Assembly: GCA_048938105.1 (NCBI GenBank)
Contig: JBHLMN010000009.1
Location: 96,001-160,000 of the forward strand
Reading direction: 5' to 3'
DNA length: 64,000 nucleotides
DNA from: Promethearchaeota archaeon
GTDB taxonomy: Archaea; Asgardarchaeota; Heimdallarchaeia; Hodarchaeales; Hodarchaeaceae
The notes under the pieces were generated by a model. The model had not been told where the DNA came from. It did no database searches and saw nothing but the letters and a program-made list of their open reading frames with translations. Numbering within the stretch: position 1 is the first letter of the stretch; each line of letters opens with the position of its first letter. This document shows positions 10,182 to 19,741 of this stretch, piece after piece. The position numbers were made by a program, and so were the translations under genes.

Positions 10182-10487
10182 TTAATGACGTACAAAAGCT
10201 TTTGATGTAAGCCTATATACTTTTATACTCAAGGGATCCTTCTCAATACAGTTTTCCTTCTGAGGACAACTACGACAAACGACTGGATTCAGTTCATCTT
10301 CCCCTTCATAATGCTTTATCTCCTCTATGAATCCTAATTGAAGTAACTGTAATTTAATAATGTCTAGTTGCCCTTCTGATAAATCCAAGTCTTTTTTTAT
10401 TTGATAAAAAGAGAAATTACCTCCTTTTTCTTTAATATAAGATAATATTTCCTCTATCAACCTAGGTTCCCACCAAGTTCTGTTCAA
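10182..10487 (-). CDS. FeoC-like winged-helix protein with Cys cluster
   Basis: wHTH pattern (LLQLGFIEE...YRLTSKA) with CRSCPQKENC; last gene of the feo operon. Confidence 0.65.
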   Translation of the reverse strand: MNRTWWEPRLIEEILSYIKEKGGNFSFYQIKKDLDLSEGQLDIIKLQLLQLGFIEEIKHYEGEDELNPVVCRSCPQKENCIEKDPLSIKVYRLTSKAFVRH

Positions 10488-10911
10488 TAGACTGAATGTA
10501 TTTATATGGTATTAAGCTTAAAATTCCAATAACTATTATGAAGGAAAAATTCTCAAAAATTTGATTATAAGCATTTAAAAGCGAAAAATCCTCTAAAAAT
10601 GTTCCTAAACCACTATTAACAATCAAATTTAGAAAAGACAATCCACCTAGAATTAACCCCATAATAGCTGCAACAAAAACAAATGCCATACCCGTCCCAT
10701 CCTTGCTTTTTAGTTTTAGAAAACCCCGAAAATAGACTATAGCAGCGAGGATTAGTAATAATGGTTCAAGTGGATCCTTTACAAATGTAATAAATAAGAA
10801 TACATTAAACAACAAAGAAAATAGCCCAATTATGCCAATAGCAAAAAAGAGGGTAGCATAAATCCCCGAAAGATAGGTTAATCCCTTAATGTTCACTTTC
10901 ATTATTTTCAA
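10462..10911 (-). CDS. Small multi-pass membrane protein in the feo operon
   Basis: About 4 hydrophobic helices; 10 bp downstream of feoB; overlaps the next gene. Confidence 0.7.
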   Translation of the reverse strand: MKIMKVNIKGLTYLSGIYATLFFAIGIIGLFSLLFNVFLFITFVKDPLEPLLLILAAIVYFRGFLKLKSKDGTGMAFVFVAAIMGLILGGLSFLNLIVNSGLGTFLEDFSLLNAYNQIFENFSFIIVIGILSLIPYKYIQSIEQNLVGT

Positions 10912-10921
10912 TCCTATTTCA

Positions 10922-12940
10922 CTAAAAATTTAAAGCTAATAATAAAACTCTGAAAAATAACGCTACAAAATAGGCAATTATGATATAGCCAATTGTTAAG
11001 GCAGCCGTGATTTTCCAAGATCCTGTTTCAGCTTTAATAACCGATATTGAAGCAGCACAAGGTACATAGAGTAATATAAAAACCATAAATGGAAAAGCCT
11101 GACTCAAAGTAAGAGAGCTAGCTAAAAATGTGTCAAGAGAAGCACCCCCAAGGATACCTAAAGTCGCTACGACAACTTCTTTTGCTATTATACCAAGTAT
11201 TAAAGCAGCAATAAATTCCCAATTCCAGTTAAATGGTATAAATAAGGGCTGCAAAACTTTTCCTATCATAGCTAGGAGTGTATCCTCAATAGGTGCACCA
11301 AAAGGTATATTACTGAGAAACCAAACTAGCAATGCTGCTGCTAAAATAATAGTTCCTGCTTTTTTAATAAATAATGACCCTCGATTCCACATTTCCCTTG
11401 TTGCCACGGTTAGTTTGGGTCTTTGAAATTCAGGCAATTCCATTATGAATACCTTATCTTCATGAGTAAAATATAACTTATTTAACACAAGGGCGCTCAA
11501 AATTGCTATTATAATACCAAGAACATACATAGTAAGAATTGCAAACCCAGGATAATCAGGAAAAAACACACCAGCAAATAAAACGTATACTGGTAACCGT
11601 GCTGAACAGGACATAAAAGGGGCAATTGAAATTGTTATTAAACGATCTTCTTTTTCTCTTATCGATCGTGTAGCCATTATGGCTGGTACAGTACAACCAA
11701 ACCCAAGCATTAAAGGAATGAAGGATTTTCCATGTAAACCAACTTTCTCCATCCATTTATCTACAACAAATGCTGCTCGTGCTAAGTATCCAGAATCTTC
11801 AAGTACAGCCATAGCAAAGTATAATAAAAAGATTGTTGGAACAAAAACAAGAATGGCGCCTATCCCGTCTATAGCACCTGAAAATATTGAAGCAACTAAT
11901 GAATTAGGGATTAATGATGTTGCTTCTGTTGATAGCCAAGAAAAAATGTTTTCTAGAACATAGACAAAAGGTTCAGAAAGGGTGAAAGTGAACGTAAAAA
12001 TGACCCATAAGCTTGCTAAAAAGATAGGAATTCCGAGATACTTATCGGTTAAGACTTCATCTAGCATGGCAGTAATATTTGTAGAAGCGGTTCCTCTTTT
12101 AATAATTATTTCATTTGTGAGATCTTCAATAAGATGATATCTCCGATTTGCTATATATATAGCTGCGTCTGATGCTCCCATGTCGTTTTTAAAGTTGTTA
12201 ATAACTGTTTCTATAAGTTCCCAATGAATTTCTTTCTTTTCTGGATTTGCTTTCGCTATTGCATCATAAACTATCTCCATAATTACCGAATCTTGTTCTA
12301 GAAGTTTTAGTCCAAGCCAATTATAATCATAATTATCTAAGGAAGCAGCACCATCGTGTTTTCTAATAATCTCTGCTATTTTGTCCTCATAAGGCTTAAG
12401 GGAGGCATCTACCAAAAATTGATAATTTCTATCCTTTCCATTTTTTGAATATTCTAAAACCACATCAAGAAGCTCAACTACTCCTTCACTTTTTGTTGCA
12501 ACCATAGGAATAACAGGAGCATTTAATTTCTCTCTAAGGCTTTCCACATTGATTTCAAACCCTTTGGATTTAGCAATATCTAGCATATTTAATGCAATGA
12601 CAATAGGTAGCTTCAACTCTAATAATTGAATTGTTAAGAATAAATTGCGTTCTAAATTCGATGCATCAATCACATTTATGATTAAATCGGGTTTCTCATT
12701 GATTAAATATTCTCTAGATACGAGTTCATCTTCAGAGAAGCTACTTAAACTATAAGTACCTGGTAAATCAATAACCGTAATTGTGCTACCTGCAAAAGTA
12801 CATTTCCCCTCTTTATGTTCAACAGTACATCCAGGAAAATTAGCAACATGTTGATGGGATCCAGTTAAAACATTAAAAATAACTGTCTTTCCTACATTAG
12901 GATTTCCAGCCAATGCGATTTTCAATACGAAAGGCACCAA
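10922..12940 (-). CDS. feoB: Ferrous iron transport protein B
   Basis: GNPNVGKT, DLPGTYSL, NMLD; LEDSGYLARAAF, GFGC, PFMSCSARLPVY, LYVPC. Confidence 0.97.
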   Translation of the reverse strand: MVPFVLKIALAGNPNVGKTVIFNVLTGSHQHVANFPGCTVEHKEGKCTFAGSTITVIDLPGTYSLSSFSEDELVSREYLINEKPDLIINVIDASNLERNLFLTIQLLELKLPIVIALNMLDIAKSKGFEINVESLREKLNAPVIPMVATKSEGVVELLDVVLEYSKNGKDRNYQFLVDASLKPYEDKIAEIIRKHDGAASLDNYDYNWLGLKLLEQDSVIMEIVYDAIAKANPEKKEIHWELIETVINNFKNDMGASDAAIYIANRRYHLIEDLTNEIIIKRGTASTNITAMLDEVLTDKYLGIPIFLASLWVIFTFTFTLSEPFVYVLENIFSWLSTEATSLIPNSLVASIFSGAIDGIGAILVFVPTIFLLYFAMAVLEDSGYLARAAFVVDKWMEKVGLHGKSFIPLMLGFGCTVPAIMATRSIREKEDRLITISIAPFMSCSARLPVYVLFAGVFFPDYPGFAILTMYVLGIIIAILSALVLNKLYFTHEDKVFIMELPEFQRPKLTVATREMWNRGSLFIKKAGTIILAAALLVWFLSNIPFGAPIEDTLLAMIGKVLQPLFIPFNWNWEFIAALILGIIAKEVVVATLGILGGASLDTFLASSLTLSQAFPFMVFILLYVPCAASISVIKAETGSWKITAALTIGYIIIAYFVALFFRVLLLALNF

Positions 12941-12948
12941 TCTTTCTT

Positions 12949-13206
12949 TTATAAAGGATTCTCCTGACTAATAATTCTATTTTTGATCCTCTTACAAAAT
13001 ATTTTCATAGCAATTCCTCGTCCTATTGCTATTCTACATCCTTTCAATTCTACAAGTATTGGACCCGCCTTAATATTCCTAATCATCCTTATACGACTCC
13101 CAGGATAGAACCCAAGTTCATTAACCCTCAAAATCACTCCTCTTCCACCATATGTGTGGGAAATCTCTGCTTCTTCTCCTTCATTGACAAGACCAAGAGG
13201 AATCAT
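12949..13206 (-). CDS. feoA: Ferrous iron transport protein A
   Basis: RVNELGFYPG...GPILV...RIAIGRGIAMKI; directly upstream of feoB. Confidence 0.92.
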   Translation of the reverse strand: MIPLGLVNEGEEAEISHTYGGRGVILRVNELGFYPGSRIRMIRNIKAGPILVELKGCRIAIGRGIAMKIFCKRIKNRIISQENPL

Positions 13207-13231
13207 TTTACTCTTTCAACTCATTATCCAA

Positions 13232-13260
13232 GTTCACAATTGTGAACAATCTCTTATAAA
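13232..13260 (-). promoter_or_regulatory. feoAB promoter: 16-bp perfect palindrome operator plus TATA box
   Basis: GTTCACAATTGTGAAC at 13232-13247; TTTATAAG on the minus strand at 13253-13260. Confidence 0.65.
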
Positions 13261-13484
13261 GTGTTCGGTTTATACTATTTATCGTAAAACTTTTAAAGAA
13301 TACCATGGGGAAATTTTTGATATATTTGACATTAATTAAGGGAAGGAACTGATTTGAAAGCTGGCTCCAACAAGTTGAATCCACTACATTTTCTCAATTG
13401 AAAACTTAATTTTCTATTTTTACTACTATAACAAAAATGAATTTCTTTATAATAACATAAATCATTTAATTCCTCTAATATGCT

Positions 13485-13630
13485 TCAATTTTCAGTTTCT
13501 TTTTCAAACTTCCCTGTCCATTCCGTTAATGATTCTGGTGGCCATCCTCGTGGGACATTTTTATTTTTTCTTATATATCGGTAGTCGCAACAATCTCCCC
13601 CATTAGCTAGAGTTGAAATATTTTCGTCCT
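13485..13630 (-). pseudogene. C-terminal remnant of an L-2-amino-thiazoline-4-carboxylate hydrolase-like (ATC_hydrolase/V4R-like) gene
   Basis: Minus-strand frame reads STLANGGDCCDYRYIRKNKNVPRGWPPESLTEWTGKFEKETEN*; in-frame TAG upstream and no start codon. Confidence 0.6.
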
Positions 13631-13788
13631 GCTACCACCCAAAAGGCTTCGGAATAAGATAATATTCTTTCTCTGATTAGGAGATAAATTGCTCATGGTA
13701 ACCATATCACATTAACATCTCATTTTCCAGTAAATATTAATTTAAAAAAAGAACTGTATAATAAGAGTATAAATATTCAAATGATACC

Positions 13789-14613
13789 CTATTTTCCAGT
13801 TACAATTAGTCTTAAGAAAGCGCCTAAATCTTTAACTTTAGGTAGAAAAGCTGGTGTACTTTTTACATAGTCCTCGAACGTTGAACCATACCTACGAATT
13901 AGCTCTTTGTCCTCCGAACGAGCAATGAAATAATAACATATAGTCGCTAATATAGCTAGAACCAGTGCAATTATATTCTGCGACAATAAGGCGAGGCCAA
14001 AACACATGTAAACTCCTTCAGCATAATGAGGATGCCGTATATACTTAAATACTCCTCCTTGCAACTTTTTAGCCTTTTCAGGATAAATAATATAAAGAAA
14101 AAGTTCTGTATCTAATGTAAATCCGCCATTAACAGCGTCACGACCCATTAATGGATACAATCCGATTAATAGAATTGCTAAAGGAAAAGCTATCTGCCAG
14201 GGGATAATAGTTTGGTAAAGGAGGTTATTCTGGTATGCGGGGTAAAGCATTGGAATGAAAGTGTTGTTCTCTACCATGATAATCAATATCATTGTCATTG
14301 TATTTGGTGGTATCACAGGAATAAGGTAGTAGTAGAAAAATTTCGTATAAGCGCGGTCTTCATACTTATTCCGATAATTTTCACGGATTTTTTCCGCATT
14401 TCGCGAAATCCGTGACATAGTCCAATATGCAAGCATGTAAATGACAATTGCAATTAGTAATGGGGCCCACCAATCAATCATATTCAGAAAATGAACCAAA
14501 AGAAGCATTGTTATTGAAGAAAAAATTATGATAAAAATAGTCTTAACACTAGTAATCTCAGGCATATATTCTTTGAGTAAATCAAGGCCAGATTTTTCTG
14601 TACTAAGTTCCAA
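13789..14613 (-). CDS. Isoprenylcysteine carboxyl methyltransferase (ICMT/PEMT)-family membrane protein
   Basis: GVFKYIRHPHY...EDKELIRRYG..F.DY...P.FLP. Confidence 0.85.
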   Translation of the reverse strand: MELSTEKSGLDLLKEYMPEITSVKTIFIIIFSSITMLLLVHFLNMIDWWAPLLIAIVIYMLAYWTMSRISRNAEKIRENYRNKYEDRAYTKFFYYYLIPVIPPNTMTMILIIMVENNTFIPMLYPAYQNNLLYQTIIPWQIAFPLAILLIGLYPLMGRDAVNGGFTLDTELFLYIIYPEKAKKLQGGVFKYIRHPHYAEGVYMCFGLALLSQNIIALVLAILATICYYFIARSEDKELIRRYGSTFEDYVKSTPAFLPKVKDLGAFLRLIVTGK

Positions 14614-14767
14614 AGCAAATTACCTTCAAATGTTAACGTATGTGAACTTTTTAAAATGACATTAAAATACCTTCTGATTGACAAAACATACAGGTTTATT
14701 CATAATCAAATAATATTAGAATAATTTTGAAGAATTCCGAGGTAGATAAATAGGTGTTGAAGAATAA

Positions 14768-15379
14768 ATGACATTTTTATCCATTTTTACTGTCCTAGGA
14801 TTGTTAATAAGTTCTGTGGGGTTTCCTACATTATTTATCATTTCTTTTCTAATTACTCGACTTCGACTAGGAGAAATCCCACCCCATAGACATGATCTCA
14901 CCATTATTATAATAGCAACTCTTTGTATCATTTGGGTTATCCTCTGCTTTTATTGTGTCTTAGATCCAACAATTATCACATTTTTCGGTGAATTGTCACT
15001 GCTAAAAAATATATGGATTGAAATTGTTGCTCTACTATTTTGTTTATCAGGATTCTTGATTCTTATGGCTGCTTTTTTTGAAATGGGTAATTCTTTCAGA
15101 ATGGGTATTCCACCAGAAGAAGAAACACCAGCAGCTTTAATTACAACTGGGATTTTCAAGTATATCCGAAACCCTGGTTTTTTGGGAGTGAATTTGGCTG
15201 TTCTTGGAACTTTTTTTCTGGTACCATCAATTCTATTTTGTATTCTAGTAGTCTTATCTTTGATCTCCTTTCATATTCAGATAAAAAAGGAGGAAGTATA
15301 CCTCCAACGAATGCACGGAGACCTATACAGACGATATATTCAACAGACTGGACGATATTTTCCAAAACTTTTCAAATGA
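14768..15379 (+). CDS. ICMT/PEMT-family membrane methyltransferase
   Basis: LITTGIFKYIRNPGF...EEVYL...G..Y..Y...GRYFP. Confidence 0.88.
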   Translation: MTFLSIFTVLGLLISSVGFPTLFIISFLITRLRLGEIPPHRHDLTIIIIATLCIIWVILCFYCVLDPTIITFFGELSLLKNIWIEIVALLFCLSGFLILMAAFFEMGNSFRMGIPPEEETPAALITTGIFKYIRNPGFLGVNLAVLGTFFLVPSILFCILVVLSLISFHIQIKKEEVYLQRMHGDLYRRYIQQTGRYFPKLFK

Positions 15380-15484
15380 TCTTAGTTTTAAGAAATTTTT
15401 TTCAGTATGACTGAGTTAAGGAAAATTAATGAAGAAGTTATTAGAATTTGAAAGAAACTTTAAAAGCTCTTAGGAGACTCTATA

Positions 15485-16516
15485 ATGTTTCATCATGAAA
15501 AATGTACACTTTGTGGGGAGTGTCTTATACAGTGTCCCTATTTAGCTTACCCTGAGGAACAAGCTATAGAAGAATTCAAGAAATTGATAAACGGTGAACC
15601 AACCCCAGTTACTACAGAGTGTATTACCTGCGCTGCGTGTAATATGTTTTGCCCTGAAGCAGCAAATCCCTTTGACTTAATAAATGAAAGACAAGAAGAA
15701 ACAGGAACTTTTCAGGCTACAAACCAAGCATTAGAAATGTTTAATATGGCATCAATGATGCCTTCTGAAGTAATAAAGGGCGAATCAGACAAACCAACCA
15801 TTAATCTTTGTACAGTAACTGATTTTCTTCCAGGGGTCATTGAGGGACAGCTTTTTGATGGATTGACTCTTCTTAAAGGTGGGGATTATTTCTGCTATTT
15901 TGGCTGGATACACATTGGAAAACCTGGAATAGTTAGGGAAAATGCTCAGAAATTTGTTGATAATCTCATAAAAACTGGTGCAGAGGAAATAATTTGTTTC
16001 CACGATGATTGTTATGCTATGTTAACAAATAAAGTGAGAGAATTTGGAATATCAATTCCATTTAAACCGATTCACATTATTGAGTATCTCCGAGACTTTG
16101 TTAAAAACCACGATGATCAAATAAAAAAATTAAACCTGAAGATCGCTTATCAACAACCTTGTGCCTCAAGATTTACATTTGAGAAGGACAAAATCCTTGA
16201 TGAGCTCTTTGAACTCATTGGTGTTGAGAGAATGGATAGAAAATATGACCGTATGGGCGCTCTCTGTTGTACATCCGCTATGAGTGCAATGCAAAATCTC
16301 ACACGAGACTATATTGAGGAATGGAGAATGAAGAACATTCTGGATGCAAAAGAAGCTGGAGCCCAAGCAATGGTGTTTTTATGCCCACTTTGTGTTCTTC
16401 CTTTAAGAAGTAGAGTAAAAGCGCAAGGATTGGAGCCTTACATCCTGAGTAATCTCGTACGTCTCGCTTTGGGAGAGAAACTCACATTTGGAGGAGCAGG
16501 CAAAATCTATGATTGA
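15485..16516 (+). CDS. Fe-S oxidoreductase (2x[4Fe-4S] ferredoxin plus CCG-like domains; HdrD/GlpC-like)
   Basis: CTLCGECLIQCP, CITCAACNMFCP, QQPC, LCC, CPLC. Confidence 0.85.
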   Translation: MFHHEKCTLCGECLIQCPYLAYPEEQAIEEFKKLINGEPTPVTTECITCAACNMFCPEAANPFDLINERQEETGTFQATNQALEMFNMASMMPSEVIKGESDKPTINLCTVTDFLPGVIEGQLFDGLTLLKGGDYFCYFGWIHIGKPGIVRENAQKFVDNLIKTGAEEIICFHDDCYAMLTNKVREFGISIPFKPIHIIEYLRDFVKNHDDQIKKLNLKIAYQQPCASRFTFEKDKILDELFELIGVERMDRKYDRMGALCCTSAMSAMQNLTRDYIEEWRMKNILDAKEAGAQAMVFLCPLCVLPLRSRVKAQGLEPYILSNLVRLALGEKLTFGGAGKIYD

Positions 16517-16525
16517 TAAAAGTTT

Positions 16526-16560
16526 GGAAACTATCCCTAAAGGGTTTTTTTCCAATTTTT
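16526..16560 (+). terminator. Short hairpin plus oligo-T terminator candidate
   Basis: CCCT-AA-AGGG followed by T7 just after the Fe-S gene. Confidence 0.45.
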
Positions 16561-16638
16561 TCCCTAGTACACAAGATTTTTCTATTGGTTTTGCTCACAC
16601 AGTACACAGAGGATTAAAACAAGGATAAAAACTTATAT

Positions 16639-17274
16639 TTATAGTGTTATTACTCTACCTACACCCCCTTTAATATATTTTAAAGGGTATAAAGCTTTTA
16701 TTTTTAACTTATGTTTAGTACAATGAGCAGGACAAATATATTGTAATTCTTTGATTAAGTCAAATCTATTGAATCCATGTAATCCTCCAATGAGTGCCAT
16801 TATATTCCCAAATTGTGATACTACATTTAGAATAGCATTAACTCCTGGATGTGAACATCCAACAATTACAACTATTCCCTTCTCTGTATTAATCATGAGA
16901 GATTGTTCAATACCTTTGAGTTCACCTGTGGAAAAAATATTTTCAGAAATTTTAAGTATACCTTTAACTTTAACTATTTCTATTCCTTTCATATGAATTG
17001 AATATGAATCTGGAACATATACTGGAACTTGATGCATTCTAAGAATGTCTCTAAGTCCACCTGTATGATCCCCATGTGCATGTGAGATGAAAATCAAATC
17101 AATTGCGATCAGATCTATATTGAGCTTTTTCAGGTTCTCAAGAAGCATCGTGCCATTACTGCCAGTATCAAAAAGGATTTTCTTCCCATATGCCTCTACA
17201 AGACACGAGAAACCCCAAGATGCTCTCAGTCCTTCTGTCCACAAGTCATTATCAAATACGATTGTTATTCTCAT
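16639..17274 (-). CDS. MBL-fold metallo-hydrolase (archaeal MJ0448-like)
   Basis: WGFSCLVE...LFDTG, SHAHGDHTGG, GCSHPG, GGLH, PAHCT. Confidence 0.88.
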   Translation of the reverse strand: MRITIVFDNDLWTEGLRASWGFSCLVEAYGKKILFDTGSNGTMLLENLKKLNIDLIAIDLIFISHAHGDHTGGLRDILRMHQVPVYVPDSYSIHMKGIEIVKVKGILKISENIFSTGELKGIEQSLMINTEKGIVVIVGCSHPGVNAILNVVSQFGNIMALIGGLHGFNRFDLIKELQYICPAHCTKHKLKIKALYPLKYIKGGVGRVITL

Positions 17275-17425
17275 GTAATTTCTCCCAATTCATGAATTAG
17301 TCATACCCGTCCGAAGATATGGGAAAAAATCATGATGTTCAGATAAGTGAGTAAAGGTTAACTTACATATTTAACTATAAAGATAGAGAAGTTAGCGATA
17401 TTTGAGTAAAACACATTCAAGGCTT

Positions 17426-17953
17426 TCAACTTGTATTACTCTTAAAAAATAATTTTAGGAGTGAAGATGGATTGGGAATCCATCTTGGAACCTCTTTTTG
17501 ATATTCAAAATACTCATTCCCAAAAATTCGTTCCAATTCTTTTTCTTCAAAAATAGCGATTTTATTATAAAGAATGAACGTTATAATCCATGGAATGACA
17601 GAAATCACCGACAATGATAGGAATATAAGCCCGAGATATAATACGAGTGTACCGAAATACATAGGGTGACGAACTACTGCAAATACATCATCTGATATTA
17701 ACCTAGAAGGTTGGTTTACACCTCCAAATAGCCTATTATGTGATGTCATACCAAATCTTACAGCTAGGATCAAAAAGATTAGAAATAATAATATTTGAAT
17801 AATAAGAAGGTTACTTATTAGAATATCATTAGGTAGTTGAACAAGAATTAAATCTAATAACCATATAATCAAAAATGCCAAACCACAACCAGCTTGAATT
17901 AGATGTGATTGGGGATGCTCTTTTCCAATCCCATGTTGATGAGAGTTTTGCAA
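17426..17953 (-). CDS. ICMT/PEMT-family membrane methyltransferase (third paralogue)
   Basis: VRHPMYFG...EEKELERIFGNEYFEYQKEVPRWIP. Confidence 0.88.
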   Translation of the reverse strand: MQNSHQHGIGKEHPQSHLIQAGCGLAFLIIWLLDLILVQLPNDILISNLLIIQILLFLIFLILAVRFGMTSHNRLFGGVNQPSRLISDDVFAVVRHPMYFGTLVLYLGLIFLSLSVISVIPWIITFILYNKIAIFEEKELERIFGNEYFEYQKEVPRWIPNPSSLLKLFFKSNTS

Positions 17954-18097
17954 TTTTCTTCACCTCAACAAGAATGCTACTCTTATAATATCCTTTTTTT
18001 TCAGGCTAGTGATCTCATTATAGTAATGTTTTTACGCTCTATAACAGTGTAAAATCATTTTATATCCCAAGTTATCCTATTTTTCGAATTATTTCTA

Positions 18098-18523
18098 TTA
18101 ATATTTCATGTTTTGTTGGACTTTTTCAGCCATTTTTTCAGCTTCGGCCTTTGAACCGCAAATAATCGCTTTATACCCATGTTTCGAGTTGGAAACTTGC
18201 TGCAAATCCGTTACTGAAGCATCTGAAACTATTCTAATAGTTGCACCCATTTTTGTTTCTACTGCTGTTCCCATTGTTTTACTTAGAATCTCAAGATTAT
18301 CTTCTGACGCAGGTACATAACCACTAACATCGGAGATTGCGAGGTAACCAGGTTTAAGCTTATTTGCTTCACGTCGAAGGTCATCAGGCAGAGTTAAGAT
18401 GTCTTCCCTAGTAAGATATCCTCTTAATGTCGTATAAAGCCGATTTTTCTCTATATTAGCTTTGACAGAGACTTCTTTTTCCTTAACCATCTTTATTCCA
18501 TCTCTTTTATCAAGGTTAAACAA
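18098..18523 (-). CDS. Hypothetical protein (possibly STAS/SpoIIAA-like)
   Basis: KNRLYTTLRG...ISDVSGY...SKAEAEK pattern; probable start at M12. Confidence 0.5.
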   Translation of the reverse strand: MFNLDKRDGIKMVKEKEVSVKANIEKNRLYTTLRGYLTREDILTLPDDLRREANKLKPGYLAISDVSGYVPASEDNLEILSKTMGTAVETKMGATIRIVSDASVTDLQQVSNSKHGYKAIICGSKAEAEKMAEKVQQNMKY

Positions 18524-18527
18524 ACAT

Positions 18528-19685
18528 TTAAACTGTTAAAGAAGATAAATCTTTAGGAAAATCGGTTAATATTTTATAACTATCCTCAGTAACAAGAACA
18601 GTGTCTGAGTGCCGCATTCCACCAAATTCTGGAATATAGATCCCTGGCTCTACTGAAAAAATGTGACCTGGTTCTAAAATTGTTGGATCTTCTTCTTTTA
18701 AAGAAGGTCGTTCGTGAAGTTCCAATCCGATTCCATGTCCTGAGCGATGGATAAAGTATTTCCCAAATCCAGCTTTAGTAATGATTCCCCTAGCAATTCT
18801 ATCGAGCTCAGAAACCTTAGTTCCAGGTTTAATAGCATTAATTATTGCTTGTTGCGCTGTACACATTGTTTCAAACATCTTTTCCTGTTTCTGCGATGGT
18901 TTCCCTATAATGAATGTTCTTTCACATTCTCCATGATATCCACTTAATGATACGACACGTGTGTGAATTACAGAATCTCCCTCTTTGAGCTTTCGAGATG
19001 TGGAAAAAACATGAGGAAGGGCACTTCTAACTGGACCAGAAGGGCTCATGTTAACGGTAAAACGTAATACAGATTCTGGAAAGTCAATACTACTTCGTTC
19101 TAAAATGGCATTGTTTCCCATAGTATCTAATTGAATTTCTGTTAGTCCTTCTGTTGCTTTTTCAATAGTTCTAGAGACTCCATAAGCAGCTAGTTCTGCA
19201 GCTCGTGTGACTGCTTCAATTTCATTCCTAGATTTAACCATTCTTAACTGCTCAATTATTTCAGAAGTATCTGAAAAGGTGGCTTTGGGAAAAATAGTCT
19301 TTAGTAAGGATATGGAAGAAAGAGGACAATATTTCTCTTCAATTCCGATATTTCTTTTGTGAAGTCCAAGAGTTTCTACTACTTGTTTAGTTATTTGAAA
19401 GGGATCAGTTTCTTTCTTTTCCTCATCTTTCTCTAAAGGGAATTCAACATAGGAACGAATGTCATTTATTACTGATTCTTTTTTCGCATGTTCTTCATCA
19501 AGAGCAGGGACAATTAATGTGGGTTCTTGCTCCAGAGGGAAGATAGTAATTATGGGTCTAGAATAAGTCAAAGCAAAAAATGTGCTTAAATAGACGGTAT
19601 GGGGAGGATGCCAAGTTATGAGAACGCTGATATCCTTTTTTTGCATTTCTCCTTTGATTTTATTCCATCGTTTCATATAATCCAA
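18528..19685 (-). CDS. Xaa-Pro (M24) aminopeptidase/dipeptidase
   Basis: Creatinase N-domain; HRSGHGIGLELHE, VEPGIY, GMRHSD. Confidence 0.9.
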   Translation of the reverse strand: MDYMKRWNKIKGEMQKKDISVLITWHPPHTVYLSTFFALTYSRPIITIFPLEQEPTLIVPALDEEHAKKESVINDIRSYVEFPLEKDEEKKETDPFQITKQVVETLGLHKRNIGIEEKYCPLSSISLLKTIFPKATFSDTSEIIEQLRMVKSRNEIEAVTRAAELAAYGVSRTIEKATEGLTEIQLDTMGNNAILERSSIDFPESVLRFTVNMSPSGPVRSALPHVFSTSRKLKEGDSVIHTRVVSLSGYHGECERTFIIGKPSQKQEKMFETMCTAQQAIINAIKPGTKVSELDRIARGIITKAGFGKYFIHRSGHGIGLELHERPSLKEEDPTILEPGHIFSVEPGIYIPEFGGMRHSDTVLVTEDSYKILTDFPKDLSSLTV

Positions 19686-19741
19686 TTTGAAATCATCTTT
19701 ATTTGAGTATATTACTGGACTAAAGGCTTTTGAAAATAAAT

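Noticed and set aside
17287-17298. Palindrome AATTCATGAATT upstream of the MBL gene (also the AGACT-N8-AGTCT inverted repeat near 5401-5418)
   Set aside because: Short and AT-rich; expected by chance at this base composition.
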